IMG/VR virus record: IMGVR_UViG_3300030708_002798
Origin: a virus
Lineage: Duplodnaviria; Caudoviricetes
Direction: 5' to 3' (one strand)
Length of the DNA: 64,000 nt
Within the stretch, counting starts at the first letter, position 1, and each line of letters opens with the position of its first letter. The position numbers and the translations under genes were made by a program. This document shows, one piece after another, positions 48,101 through 57,692 of this stretch. The notes under the pieces are model-generated. The model saw nothing but the letters and a program-made list of their open reading frames with translations. It had not been told where the DNA came from and made no database searches.

Positions 48101-50716
48101 TTCTGTTCTAAAAGTTGCCTGTTCAGAAACACTATCCCAATCAGCATTAGCAATAAACTTAAAGTTTCTAAATTCAGAAGAATTAGAAAGGCTTTCACTA
48201 TCAAAACTTAAGAATCTGCTAACTTCTTCATTAGAAGCACCATCGACATTATTAGATTCTTGTAGAACGAATCCATCAACTGGAGGTCTACCTAGAGTTG
48301 GAGAGTCTTTAGGAAGTACATATCTTAGTTTATAGAGACTTGCTTCAACATTTCTATCAGTTGGTTTCCTGAGAACAAATGTTCTTGGAGTTGTTTCACC
48401 AAGTTCTGCAACACCTCTCATCCATAATTGCTTATAGATGCTTAGTTCTTCACCATCGGAGTGAGTTGAAACATTGATATACCACTGAGATTTTGTTTCA
48501 TCCCATTGAACTGGATGTCCTAAATCACCAGCAGACTTATCAGATACTCTACTAACAACATTTAAAATTCCACCAGTATTGTTGAGAGTAATTGGTACGT
48601 CATTATTTGCATCATTAAGAGTTGCAGCAAGTTTTAACTGCTTTGCAGTTAGTGCTGGATTTGGTGCAATTGCTGTGGTAATCGCATAATATACTTGCTC
48701 TTCAGTAATACCATCAGGTAGACCACCATTTTCACTAATAATTCTAACAGTCTCACCGTTTAGGAAAGTATGATTCTCTTCTAAGTTGATAGTATTAGAA
48801 GCAATATTATTAACGTTGCTGATCTGCTGAACTTTATGAACTTTCTCTGAGATCTTTTCATCTGTAGTGCCCTCAGTATTGGGCATAATCACCTTAGAGT
48901 GATATGTTTCAATCTCGTTACCAGAAGCAAGAAGAACCTTCAGTGCTTCGTTCTTGGCAGAACCAATTCTGTATCCGTCAATAACAGTTGCAGGTGGAAT
49001 ATCGAAGTTATCTTCACCATATAGGAAGAGTTTACTGGTTGTTGCAATACCAACAGAAGTAGTAACACCTACATCAATACCTAAGAATTCAACACCAGCA
49101 CTTTCAGATTCAATTTCTTTTGGTGTTACGACATGAGTAACATAACCAATATCATCTCTTGGGAATGCATCAGGTCTGAAACCTCTTGATACTAGAGCTT
49201 TAGCACCGAAGTTGGAGTTAGAGTTGGTGATAGATGCGTCACCACCAGTTTCTAGTAAGAAGTGATTGTTGAAACCAATTGCGAAGACCGAAACGATCTG
49301 TAGTAGTGCATTGTTGCTACACTTAATATGATGGTTCTCATATTCTGGTTTGAATCTTGCACGGGAATCTGTATGGATGTTCTCGTTTCCTGCAGCAAGA
49401 GTGCCTTCATATAGACCAGTTGTGCTATTATACTTTACAAAAGCATTGTCGTCCTTCTGAAGACCGATACCAGTATACTGTGCAAGCACCATGGACTTGA
49501 ATCCAGTTGCCTTACTGCCATCAGCATGGAGACCACACATACCAAAAACAGATCTCAGAGAGATGTTAAAGATATATGGTGATGCGGATGTAACAGTATC
49601 AACAGAAATGTTTAGTGTTGCACCAGAAGTAGTTGCTGGTAGTGGTTGAACTGGTGGTGTAGAAACCTGATATTTAATCTCAGTATCAGATAGAACTTCA
49701 AATACTGCAAACTGACCATCATAACCTGCGTCAGCAATACCTTCAATACGAATAGGTGTATTTACATCTAGACCATCTACTTTATTTTCTAGTGTAACTG
49801 TAATTTCTGTCGAAGAAATATTACCATCACCTGCTTTAATGCTAGTAATTCCTACTTCAACACCAGTAGAACCAACAATACGATATTCATCAACCTTTGG
49901 TTCAATGTCTAGGGTATCGGTAGGATAGTCTGGGGAAATGTCTCTACCAGAAGGTGTACCATATGCGAAACCAACCTTTTGATAGTACATCTCAAGGTCA
50001 GTATTTGTATCACTATAAGTTAGGAATTCATCATCAATATTGACTGCATTAACACCATCAGCATATTCAAATACTGTTAGTTTATGGTGGGAGAAGTTAG
50101 GAACAAATGAATTTGTTGTGTAGTCTTTATATACAGTACCAGTTTGATCACCATCAAAAATGGAGAACTGCCACATGTAACAGGCACCTGTTAGACGGAA
50201 GATGGCAGATCTTTCAATATTATCATTTTCTGGATTAGGAACATACTTAGGAATAATCTTAGTCTTTCTAAGGTCAAGACCTACAAGAGATGTACCTCTA
50301 GGAATAATAACACCACCGTAAATACTGTTAAGTTTGTAGAGTGCGTTATTGGGGCTATCTAAGTCAAAGTTACTATTAACGTCTAGTGGTGGGAAATCGT
50401 CCGAGGTAGTACCACTTCTAAGACGATAAGTATTTTCTACCTGATCGTGAATTGGTATCCATCCTGGTCTATTATCTACGACGTGCTCACCAGGATAGAG
50501 TAGAATGGTAGTTTTACCAAATCTATCGTTGTTTTCTCCTGCTTGGTAGGAGAATCGGGCTGCTTCTAGCAGTGCCCTTTGAATGGTTTTAAACGGTCTT
50601 GCTAAAGAGTTACCTTTATTCTCGATACTGTCTGTAGAATCCAGACTTGAAGGATCTACATAAAGAATCTCACCTTTGGTGCTCTTTAGAAAATTATCCA
50701 GACGACTAAGACCCAT
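45146..50716 (-). CDS. Very large conserved cyanophage virion structural protein (baseplate/fibre)
   Basis: MGLSRLDNFLK...LYVDP...GNSLARPFKTIQRAL; beta-helix-like region; IIRASGHTFEYLGYGPGNYS. Confidence 0.75.
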   Translation of the reverse strand: MGLSRLDNFLKSTKGEILYVDPSSLDSTDSIENKGNSLARPFKTIQRALLEAARFSYQAGENNDRFGKTTILLYPGEHVVDNRPGWIPIHDQVENTYRLRSGTTSDDFPPLDVNSNFDLDSPNNALYKLNSIYGGVIIPRGTSLVGLDLRKTKIIPKYVPNPENDNIERSAIFRLTGACYMWQFSIFDGDQTGTVYKDYTTNSFVPNFSHHKLTVFEYADGVNAVNIDDEFLTYSDTNTDLEMYYQKVGFAYGTPSGRDISPDYPTDTLDIEPKVDEYRIVGSTGVEVGITSIKAGDGNISSTEITVTLENKVDGLDVNTPIRIEGIADAGYDGQFAVFEVLSDTEIKYQVSTPPVQPLPATTSGATLNISVDTVTSASPYIFNISLRSVFGMCGLHADGSKATGFKSMVLAQYTGIGLQKDDNAFVKYNSTTGLYEGTLAAGNENIHTDSRARFKPEYENHHIKCSNNALLQIVSVFAIGFNNHFLLETGGDASITNSNSNFGAKALVSRGFRPDAFPRDDIGYVTHVVTPKEIESESAGVEFLGIDVGVTTSVGIATTSKLFLYGEDNFDIPPATVIDGYRIGSAKNEALKVLLASGNEIETYHSKVIMPNTEGTTDEKISEKVHKVQQISNVNNIASNTINLEENHTFLNGETVRIISENGGLPDGITEEQVYYAITTAIAPNPALTAKQLKLAATLNDANNDVPITLNNTGGILNVVSRVSDKSAGDLGHPVQWDETKSQWYINVSTHSDGEELSIYKQLWMRGVAELGETTPRTFVLRKPTDRNVEASLYKLRYVLPKDSPTLGRPPVDGFVLQESNNVDGASNEEVSRFLSFDSESLSNSSEFRNFKFIANADWDSVSEQATFRTELPHSLTVGSQVEITDVYSGLNTTGTANRGFNGTFTVDSIVSRKEFKVDIKSNPGDFTSDTDTRNQDLPKLKKKKHGGTFVVYKSDEIQPYVQNEQDGVYHVTVINSSNKPSVSPFTNVKLLQPLDNLYPEYDRDNPNSDPDAARSYAVADPIGKVVINDPEKSLTKETIIANQIDHGVGFGVTDILTDDVNNERHTIFTDEDHGLNRIVEVEITDPGVNYGSGIGVTENLYNAELVGYANSTTGDHATARVQVSSAGTMVSVEIIDGGSAYGVGNTLSVVGIATSSSGHVAGTVRVTKVYSNLGDAVSIDRVSDLYKEYNQTYRITDINVGQTKQFDVVSSAPVGLGSTEIGIGIRNADLAHATVDGQTWLINATNFTPATGISTLTLSSRHGLQVNEKVFIGGYTGVSSVFNGGYLVTKVDANNLDQLTVNVGVATEDILAGGSPYVYQSGLSAKGGDITTGDESFSSRISYQYGNLQGELASAVTKTDDQINITDLDDLDLTIGDYIVVDDEIMRVKQTVTGNPVIVYRGLLGTEASSHLINTVFRRIIAKPIEFRRHSIIRASGHTFEYLGYGPGNYSSAFPDRQDRQISAAEEVLSQSFQEEGGFVVYTGMNSDGDFYISNKRVITTAGEEEVFSTPRPRYRGESKSVPNTKLGFNVVKASEINLSDAIRVDGGEDKTTISQFDGPVILNNKLTVTSNKGVETPDLFLQGEETVSRKYTVGVTQPTSAIELTGVGAGNPGDIIFNGNPFKGQNAGWCYTTDNDWYPWGAISNKKDVFEINGYFIGTFTGDGSGLTDVSDIWAIDATGIHTSRNVGFGTTNSSKPDVAMYVQGNAEIMGTMKVFEIIENTTLNSTINLGGVGATMANLDLDASSIYYYTQDASANWAVNMRANVGTALTDFLTLAESITVAITTKQGPTAYYNNEVYIDDVRVSPRYYGSLTINKGNPNSLDLYTYVIVRKNDTGNPIDDFDVLYSQSQYQ

Positions 50717-50744
50717 CTTATTAAGCGTTAAATTCCTATAGGTC

Positions 50745-50751
50745 TATTTAG
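50745..50751 (-). promoter_or_regulatory. T4-type late promoter
   Basis: CTAAATA ~30 nt upstream of the 1856-aa gene. Confidence 0.5.
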
Positions 50752-50763
50752 TCATCTATTTCA

Positions 50764-50848
50764 TAGGAGTAGAGAGACTTGAACTCTCACGGGCATAATG
50801 CCCAACAGATTTTAAGTCTGGTGCGTCTACCGATTCCGCCATACTCCC
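50764..50848 (-). tRNA. trnL: tRNA-Leu (anticodon TAA); no intron, CCA not encoded
   Basis: GGGAGTA acceptor stem, D-arm GGCGGAATCGGTAGACGC, anticodon arm CAGA-CTTAAAA-TCTG, long variable arm GGGCA-TTA-TGCCC, T-arm GAGAG-TTCAAGT-CTCTC. Confidence 0.95.
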
Positions 50849-50857
50849 AAGGGAGGA

Positions 50858-51016
50858 TTACTCCTCAGTTTTCCAAGTCGGTGGATGAAAAGCACAATAC
50901 TCATTGAATGTGATTTTCATCTCCTTGTTAGTAAGATTAGCATGTTTTGCTGCTTTAGGCAAGTTCCACTTAGCAGTGAACAGCATTTCCATTGATTTTC
51001 GTGTTTCAGGTCTCAT
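50858..51016 (-). CDS. Small conserved cyanophage protein (52 aa)
   Basis: Hand translation MRPETRKSMEMLFTAKWNLPKAAKHANLTNKEMKITFNEYC... Confidence 0.7.
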   Translation of the reverse strand: MRPETRKSMEMLFTAKWNLPKAAKHANLTNKEMKITFNEYCAFHPPTWKTEE

Positions 51017-51459
51017 TCTTTTTCAAATTCATACATTGTTAGTGAACCCCATTCAAGATTGCCATCTTTCCAACCTTGATCCATACTCTTGTAAATTTGT
51101 CCATTAAACTCAACAAAACTTTTAAGAGATGTACCTCGTATCATTGGATCTGCATACATTAGTCCACCTTTATAGAATCCATCAATAGGTGCGAATCCCA
51201 TGTCAAATGCTGGACTACGATTCCAATCATCTCCCCAGTTCTCTACGATGATAATGTCATCTTTCTCTACTATTTTATGATAACGAAAACGATATGGACT
51301 GCTTTGTCCTTCATGATCATACCATTGACAGATGGACATTTTGTTGTTGCCAAGATTTTCCCAAACTACATGAACATAAGAGTGGTCTCTTGGACTAGAT
51401 GCTGCTTGCTTCCAGTTGTTATATGTTCCCTGTAGTTTGGAAATAAACTCTTCAATCAT
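51013..51459 (-). CDS. cpeT: CpeT/CpcT-family phycobiliprotein lyase
   Basis: G.YNN.KQA...P, QWY...PYRFR.H, SMDQGW.....WGS...YEF motifs of T-type lyases. Confidence 0.8.
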   Translation of the reverse strand: MIEEFISKLQGTYNNWKQAASSPRDHSYVHVVWENLGNNKMSICQWYDHEGQSSPYRFRYHKIVEKDDIIIVENWGDDWNRSPAFDMGFAPIDGFYKGGLMYADPMIRGTSLKSFVEFNGQIYKSMDQGWKDGNLEWGSLTMYEFEKE

Positions 51460-51644
51460 GCTGCTACAAGTGGTTTGGTATAGAAAATTTGTTCTTCGTC
51501 GATACGATCAGTGATGAGTTGATAGACTGCCATGAACTCATCATAGGTGTCGCAGTCAACAACTTTCTCATCACCCTCACTAGAGAACAGTTTGATCTCT
51601 CGTCGTGCTAGGTTGATCAGAACTGAATCGACGTACTCTTCCAT
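51456..51644 (-). CDS. Conserved cyanophage hypothetical protein
   Basis: LFSSEGDEKVVDC....FM.V pattern; GAGGA RBS. Confidence 0.65.
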   Translation of the reverse strand: MEEYVDSVLINLARREIKLFSSEGDEKVVDCDTYDEFMAVYQLITDRIDEEQIFYTKPLVAA

Positions 51645-51667
51645 GGTCCTCTGTGCTTGACTTGCTT

Positions 51668-51696
51668 AGTATAGCAGGGCACAGGGTCTGCGTCAA
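51668..51696 (-). promoter_or_regulatory. Sigma70-type promoter for the cpeT/tRNA island
   Basis: TTGACG-N17-TATACT. Confidence 0.75.
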
Positions 51697-52322
51697 TAGT
51701 CGAAACCTGAAATCGAGAACTGATCCTTGCTGCCTGGGTACTCTGCTGGTGTCTCACCCTCATACTCAACGATCAACTCCTCACCGTCGATGCGAGAACC
51801 TTGAATCGTGTAAAAACAATCAATCTTTGCTGCATTACCAGACTTGACTTTGACTTGAGATCCCCATTGAACTGCTTCCACCATGAGATCTTGAGAGTAT
51901 CCAATTTGAGTCAATGAAACAGTGATAGATTCTGGATCTACAAGTCCTTTCCAATACTCTGGAAGTGTAATGATATTATTATCGGTCAGTCTACCTCTAA
52001 TATAAACACCTGCTTCTGGTCCTTCTAGGCAGATATGACGTAGACGATGCCCTTCTTTATTTGGGTGCTTAATATCAAAGCCTTTCCAAGATTGAACATT
52101 AATATTGCCTTGGAATGTTGATGCAGTTACTGTGTTAGTAACTTGAAGATCATCAAACTTACCTTTCACTTGTAGGTAAATGGGACATTGATTTTGATCT
52201 GCATATTCATCACTATCTCCAGAAGTAGATCTCCGAAGATAATCAAAACTAGGATGCGGTGTTCCTGTTACTGGAGCATCACAATCTCTACTACTGTGAC
52301 TACCTGGTACAAATTCTGACAT
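51693..52322 (-). CDS. Spike/fibre-associated protein with C-terminal chaperone-like domain (paralogue A)
   Basis: KGFDIKHP..EGHRLRHICLEGPEAGVYIRGR...LPEYWK.LVD.ESITVSLT. Confidence 0.6.
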   Translation of the reverse strand: MSEFVPGSHSSRDCDAPVTGTPHPSFDYLRRSTSGDSDEYADQNQCPIYLQVKGKFDDLQVTNTVTASTFQGNINVQSWKGFDIKHPNKEGHRLRHICLEGPEAGVYIRGRLTDNNIITLPEYWKGLVDPESITVSLTQIGYSQDLMVEAVQWGSQVKVKSGNAAKIDCFYTIQGSRIDGEELIVEYEGETPAEYPGSKDQFSISGFDY

Positions 52323-52333
52323 AATAAATCTCC

Positions 52334-53110
52334 TTATCGAACGTCGTAATTATATCCAGCAATAGAGTAACCACTATTATCACCTGGGTAATCTGCTGGG
52401 GATTGACCTTGGTATTCCGCAATTAGACGTTCTCCGTCCTTACGTTCTGCATAAATGTGGTAAAAACAATCGATGGGCATTCCACCTTTTGCTTGTAAGT
52501 AAATCTTTTCTTCATCAATTCGTTTAACAATAACATCTTGATGAGCACCAATAGGTGTAAGACTAACAGTGATTGATCTTACATCAACAAAGTCTTTCCA
52601 ATAAGATGGAAGGACAATTTCTTTCTTGTTTGTCACCCTACCTCTAACATAGACATCATTATATGGTGCTTCTGGACAAGTATGTCTCAGTCTCCAACCT
52701 TCTAATGATGGGTGAGGAATATCAAAGTTCTTCTTAATTTGTAGGAGGTGACCACCACAACTACCAAGAACCAAACCTTGAACCTTCAAGTTACCACCAA
52801 CAGTAACATCACCAGCAGTTTCTAAGTTGCCTAGAACTGCATGAGAACCGATTACTGCTAGGGAGAATGGATTGCTAGGTGGTCCATAGCAGAAACCACC
52901 TGGAATGAATGGTGTAGGAGCATCTGGATTGAGTAGTGGACCAACATTCACTGCACCCATATTGATTGCAAAGGGTGTTCCTACGTTCAGTGGTCCTTCA
53001 ATCCAAGCAGCACCACGAACTCTGGCAGGACCCAAACCAAAGAATGGGACTACACCAGCACCAATATAAAGTTGATGTTGAATTGTTAGATCATCGAAAG
53101 ATAATGACAT
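52334..53110 (-). CDS. Spike/fibre-associated protein with C-terminal chaperone-like domain (paralogue B)
   Basis: KNFDIPHP..EGWRLRHTCPEAP..DVYVRGR...LPSYWK.FVD..SITVSLT. Confidence 0.6.
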   Translation of the reverse strand: MSLSFDDLTIQHQLYIGAGVVPFFGLGPARVRGAAWIEGPLNVGTPFAINMGAVNVGPLLNPDAPTPFIPGGFCYGPPSNPFSLAVIGSHAVLGNLETAGDVTVGGNLKVQGLVLGSCGGHLLQIKKNFDIPHPSLEGWRLRHTCPEAPYNDVYVRGRVTNKKEIVLPSYWKDFVDVRSITVSLTPIGAHQDVIVKRIDEEKIYLQAKGGMPIDCFYHIYAERKDGERLIAEYQGQSPADYPGDNSGYSIAGYNYDVR

Positions 53111-53113
53111 AAT

Positions 53114-53695
53114 TTATGCGTATTGGTTTAGAGCTAAAAATTCAGATATATTTGCTGGATCAGTTTTACCAGCAAGACTTGCAGATGCACAAGTCAATCC
53201 TTTAATAAAGTTTGAAGTTATAAACATTTCGGTATTACCGATCAACTTTGCTACACTAGGAGTATACAATCTATAACCAGTTTGTGCAATAAGATCGAAC
53301 GCACCTTCTGCTTTTAATTTGATATCTTGGTTTGCTTCAATTTTAACATGACCTCGTTTATTATCGGGTCCATTTGCCATGATATCAATATCTAAAGCAC
53401 TTAAGATAATTCTACCATTAGTTGCTGTTAGATTAATGTTACCATTTAAACATTCAATGTCAATACCAGTATCTTCTGGATTTACAGTATCACCACATTT
53501 AATTTCAAATACACCAGGATTCCTCATTAGAGTCCATCCTTCACGGTTTCCCGTTGCATCTAGATGAATATAGTGTAGTGAGTTTCTTCCCTGTAAACCA
53601 ATACCAGTGATAACTTTATCTAAACATTCGTTACCAATCTGAAGTTCACCAAACGGATGACTTCGTTTATATTGTACGTGTTCTAGTTCAGCCAT
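53114..53695 (-). CDS. gp5 C-terminal beta-helix-like spike segment
   Basis: Repeating short beta strands (GNINLTA.NGRIILSA.DIDIMA...HVKIEANQDIKLKA); directly after the gp5-like gene. Confidence 0.5.
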   Translation of the reverse strand: MAELEHVQYKRSHPFGELQIGNECLDKVITGIGLQGRNSLHYIHLDATGNREGWTLMRNPGVFEIKCGDTVNPEDTGIDIECLNGNINLTATNGRIILSALDIDIMANGPDNKRGHVKIEANQDIKLKAEGAFDLIAQTGYRLYTPSVAKLIGNTEMFITSNFIKGLTCASASLAGKTDPANISEFLALNQYA

Positions 53696-56153
53696 CGATC
53701 ATTCCTAAACTTTCTTCTGGTGTATCATATATGTATTGACGTTTCGTAGTGGATCCTTTTTTACCTACGACCTTTCTACCCTGATACTTGTGATATTGAC
53801 CATAGTATGGTTGACCATTTACATATCCAATAACCAATCTACCAATACACTGATCAACAGAGATAATCTTGTCACCCTGTAGTTTCTTGGCATTCGCATC
53901 AGGATCTTCGTCAGTTCTGACTTTGAATATTGGTAGAATATCTGCATTAACACCAAAGTCAGATTTCAGTCTGATTCTTGGGAATCTATTAAATGTTTGA
54001 CCAGGTTCTCTAATGTTGACATCAATTAGGGTTCCAATTTCATTAAAGATTGGATCAATAATTGCACCACCATCATTAGGTTCAATTACAATCGTATCAC
54101 CTTGCTGATAATTTGCACCTCCATCATTAATGATAACTCCATCCAGTATTATATCACGTTCTTCCCCATCTACGGTAGATCCACCACCATCAGTGCTCGT
54201 ATCCGTACCATCAGTGCCTGTGTCTGAACCCTCAGGTGTAGTGAATGTAATATCTGTTGGGAATCTGATTGGAATACCTACTGTTAAACCTTCACCATTA
54301 ATAACATCTATTTGATTACCATTAGGATCGAAAATTTGAACAGTGCTACCAGATGGTAAGAATGCTTGAGGATTACTCTCTTCGGTAATATTAGAAGGTA
54401 AAGTTACAGTTTCTCCTGGATCGTAAGTTGTAATATTTCCATCATTATCTCGTATAATAGTAATATTAGGATCTCCAGGTCTTAATGAAGTTGATCCATC
54501 AGGAGTCTGTAAATATCCATTACCAGGATCCCTTATAACTGCTCCAGTAATTCTAATATCATCTCCTCTTTTTGGAGCAGTAGATGGTGTATCGTTTGGA
54601 TCACTAGCATCAAAACTCAATAGTTGAATACTAGCACCACCACCCATACTAGGTCCACCGCAAGCATTACTAATGGAAAGTAGTGGTGTTGATGTATATC
54701 CTCCACCAAAACTACTAAAGTCTACACCCATGATTTGTCCAGCAGCACCGATGATAGCAGATCCTGATAGACCAGATCCACCTCCACCACTGAAGTTAAG
54801 TTGTGGTGGACCACATGGTAGTTGATCAGTATTACATGGCGCATATGGTGCTGCATCTCCTCCAATACCAGCAGCATCTGCAAGCATTGATCCAATACCC
54901 GAACTAACTTGCTGAGCAAGACTGCTACCATCCCAGAAACTCCATCTATCTGGATAGTTGCAGTTTGGTGTCTCATCACATTTGAGGAAATTTAGAAGAC
55001 CAGCAATGGTGTCAAGAACACTGAATGCTTGACCCATAATACTGCCAGCAGCACCAACGATTCCACTTATTGCACCTAATACTCCATTAATTGCACCAGT
55101 AATTTCCCCAAGAATGTTTCCGATCATATCACCGATCATTCTCTCAGCAGCACACAATGGAGCACTGATATATTGATCAACGATCTGCTCGAACAGACCT
55201 TTTGCCATATTAAAAAGACCACCCATGATCTTTTGGAATACGCAACTCATAGTATCAAGACCTTGAGTTGACCCTGTGGCAAATACCTGTCTTAATGTTG
55301 GTGGTAATAATTGAGCAGCATCTTTTATTGCTAGATTGAGTTTGTTAAGAACAAATCCTCTCATCTTGCCGACGATGAGTTTGAATAAAGAGGCAACTCC
55401 AGATGAAACACTTTGAACAATACTTTGAATATTTCCTACGGCATCTGATACTGCACCATAGAAACTATTACCAGCATCTTTAATACGTTGAATAATTGCT
55501 AATGCTTTTTGGATGAATCCTTGGACACCCGTCATGGGTCCACCACCACCCTCACATTCAATATTTTTCTTTCTTACACCTACTTCTTGACCATCTTTTA
55601 TTTGGTCAGTATTTCTTACATCATTGACTGAACCATCAGAAGTTGTAGATTCTTTCTCTGCGATAGAACCTGGTTGCATGTGCAAATCTTTTGTTGCAAC
55701 CTGCTTATTGCCAGTCAGTCCTCTAAATCCACTTCTAGGAATAAATCCTTCTTCAGGATCACTTCCAAGTAATCTCGTTTGTGCATTATTTGGTAAAGTA
55801 CCAAAAATAATCGGTTGTCTTCCCTCTTCCCCATCAAGATAGAATCCTACAACATAGGATCCTTGTGCTAAGACAACCGTTTCACCATACCCACCATGAC
55901 CAGAACCAGAAGTGACAGGAGCGATAACTTCTGCCATATCCAGCATTTGATCTGGGATTACTTTAACCTCAGAATCTCTGCTGAATATTCTAACACGATA
56001 ACGTTTTCCCCAACCACTACTATCATCCCTTTCATGATTGGGACGAACTTCATTACCAATCCAAGCAGACTCGTCAACAACTTGACCAAGCCACCAGTAC
56101 ATAATGTTTTTTGTTACCGCACCTCTGTTGTATGCTGGTCCTAGATTTTGCAT
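53688..56153 (-). CDS. Baseplate hub / central spike protein, T4 gp5-like
   Basis: N-terminal OB-fold motif WWLGQVVD...RYRVRIF...VVGFYLDG...QPIIFG; no lysozyme motif seen. Confidence 0.7.
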   Translation of the reverse strand: MQNLGPAYNRGAVTKNIMYWWLGQVVDESAWIGNEVRPNHERDDSSGWGKRYRVRIFSRDSEVKVIPDQMLDMAEVIAPVTSGSGHGGYGETVVLAQGSYVVGFYLDGEEGRQPIIFGTLPNNAQTRLLGSDPEEGFIPRSGFRGLTGNKQVATKDLHMQPGSIAEKESTTSDGSVNDVRNTDQIKDGQEVGVRKKNIECEGGGGPMTGVQGFIQKALAIIQRIKDAGNSFYGAVSDAVGNIQSIVQSVSSGVASLFKLIVGKMRGFVLNKLNLAIKDAAQLLPPTLRQVFATGSTQGLDTMSCVFQKIMGGLFNMAKGLFEQIVDQYISAPLCAAERMIGDMIGNILGEITGAINGVLGAISGIVGAAGSIMGQAFSVLDTIAGLLNFLKCDETPNCNYPDRWSFWDGSSLAQQVSSGIGSMLADAAGIGGDAAPYAPCNTDQLPCGPPQLNFSGGGGSGLSGSAIIGAAGQIMGVDFSSFGGGYTSTPLLSISNACGGPSMGGGASIQLLSFDASDPNDTPSTAPKRGDDIRITGAVIRDPGNGYLQTPDGSTSLRPGDPNITIIRDNDGNITTYDPGETVTLPSNITEESNPQAFLPSGSTVQIFDPNGNQIDVINGEGLTVGIPIRFPTDITFTTPEGSDTGTDGTDTSTDGGGSTVDGEERDIILDGVIINDGGANYQQGDTIVIEPNDGGAIIDPIFNEIGTLIDVNIREPGQTFNRFPRIRLKSDFGVNADILPIFKVRTDEDPDANAKKLQGDKIISVDQCIGRLVIGYVNGQPYYGQYHKYQGRKVVGKKGSTTKRQYIYDTPEESLGMIDG

Positions 56154-56161
56154 ATGTATTA

Positions 56162-56389
56162 TCAGTTATCGTGAGTTTTGCACTCAGGTGCTCCTGGTTC
56201 CATTTCGCAGTAAAGTTCGAGTGCAGTAGGATCGTGGTGATCACCAGCAGCAATCTCTTCCTTGTGGTTTTCTGCGTAAACTTCTAATTCGTGCAACTCT
56301 TCTTCGATATGACGACGTTGTTGCGGAGAGGTCATTGGATTCTGAAGAATCTCTTTGTCCTTCGCAATATGGGTTTCGATGTTTTCCAT
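56162..56389 (-). CDS. cp12: CP12 Calvin-cycle inhibitor (auxiliary metabolic gene)
   Basis: RRH.EEEL..LE.Y...H...DPTALELYCEMEPGAPECK.HD, the C-terminal Cys pair of CP12. Confidence 0.9.
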   Translation of the reverse strand: MENIETHIAKDKEILQNPMTSPQQRRHIEEELHELEVYAENHKEEIAAGDHHDPTALELYCEMEPGAPECKTHDN

Positions 56390-56393
56390 TTTG

Positions 56394-57692
56394 CTATTCT
56401 GCAATAGAATCTCTAACGATATTTAGCTTAGTAAAACAGTGTTCTGCATTTATAAGGTGTGCAACGTCTGTAACTAAGTATTTTCCTGACTTTTTCTTAG
56501 ATGGAGCAAGTCTCAAATCCTTTGAAGAAACCTCTGGAAAAACGCACTCAATAGTATCACCTGGGAAGATAGTAAAGTCACCATAAATCTTGATAGTTGC
56601 TTTAAATAATACTGATTGACGGAATCTAGACATAGATTTCCTTACAATTTCATCAATATTGAAGGTTGTTTCCTTTGCAGTTTCGAGTTGTGTATCTAAT
56701 GTAGACCCTGGTGGTCTAATTCCAGTATTGTAAATTTGATTTATAATCCTAGAGGAATTCTCTGATAATCCCATAAATGTACCAAACTTTGGAGGTACAC
56801 TCATTGCATTATTAGACTCATTATATGTATCTTCACCACTGTAAACATTAGTAACGTATTGGTTTGTGTATGGGTCAAATGTTCTTATTTTTGTCTGAGA
56901 TAATGATCCCATTCTCAAATTCTCAATAAGACTTAAATTATTTGAAAATGCAGCATCTAAAATCTTATTTGTATATGATGGAGGAAGATATTGAGATTGA
57001 TTATAAATCATTTTTCTTTTCGGATTTTGTGCGAAAAGAGTGTCAATAGATTTGAATTTATAACCTTGATAATCTTGCCAGAAAAAATATCCTGCTAATT
57101 GATCTGATGATTCAGGAACTGCTTTAGTTGCAAGTAGAGTGCAAATGTCTAAAGGTTTTTCATTCTTTCCACTAATTGGCAAAGTATTTAATGTGGGATC
57201 AGCATAACATTCTTTTTCGGTCCCTAAATTTTCCTTTAGAAGTTTACTAACAATATCACTTATCTTTCCTTCGTAGCATTGAACTACGTAACTTGACTCT
57301 AATTCATTTTTAATTACATCTGGATGACACAGATGTAAGTTTTCCAACTCCACCATTGTGGTTGATGAATTAGAAGAAGCATACTCTAGACATAATTCAT
57401 TTGCACCTTCAAATGCCAATTCTTGTTTGTTTGGAGTATTATCGTTTACTACTAATTCTACCTTTTCGCCAGTTGTTAAGTTAAGGTCATCTTGTTCTTC
57501 TAAACTAGCACCTCGACTTCCAGTATCTGCTACCTGTGCAGATACTCTTATACTATCATCAAATATACTTTGATAAATTATAACCTGATTAAATGCTCTG
57601 TTACCAGTAAAACTTAAAGTACTACCTTCGTTTGAGTGAATGGTAAACTTTTTAATGTTATGTGGTTGTAATTCCTGCTTATTATATGGCAT
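56394..57692 (-). CDS. Baseplate hub protein, T4 gp27-like
   Basis: YEGKISDIV..LL, GYFFWQD..GYKFKSIDTL, GD.IE..FP...SGKYLV..VAH...T.L...RDS. Confidence 0.65.
   Translation of the reverse strand: MPYNKQELQPHNIKKFTIHSNEGSTLSFTGNRAFNQVIIYQSIFDDSIRVSAQVADTGSRGASLEEQDDLNLTTGEKVELVVNDNTPNKQELAFEGANELCLEYASSNSSTTMVELENLHLCHPDVIKNELESSYVVQCYEGKISDIVSKLLKENLGTEKECYADPTLNTLPISGKNEKPLDICTLLATKAVPESSDQLAGYFFWQDYQGYKFKSIDTLFAQNPKRKMIYNQSQYLPPSYTNKILDAAFSNNLSLIENLRMGSLSQTKIRTFDPYTNQYVTNVYSGEDTYNESNNAMSVPPKFGTFMGLSENSSRIINQIYNTGIRPPGSTLDTQLETAKETTFNIDEIVRKSMSRFRQSVLFKATIKIYGDFTIFPGDTIECVFPEVSSKDLRLAPSKKKSGKYLVTDVAHLINAEHCFTKLNIVRDSIAE

Noticed and set aside
50764-50848. tRNA as a prophage attachment site or intron host
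   Set aside because: No duplicated tRNA end, no integrase and an uninterrupted anticodon loop; context is a lytic T4-like genome.
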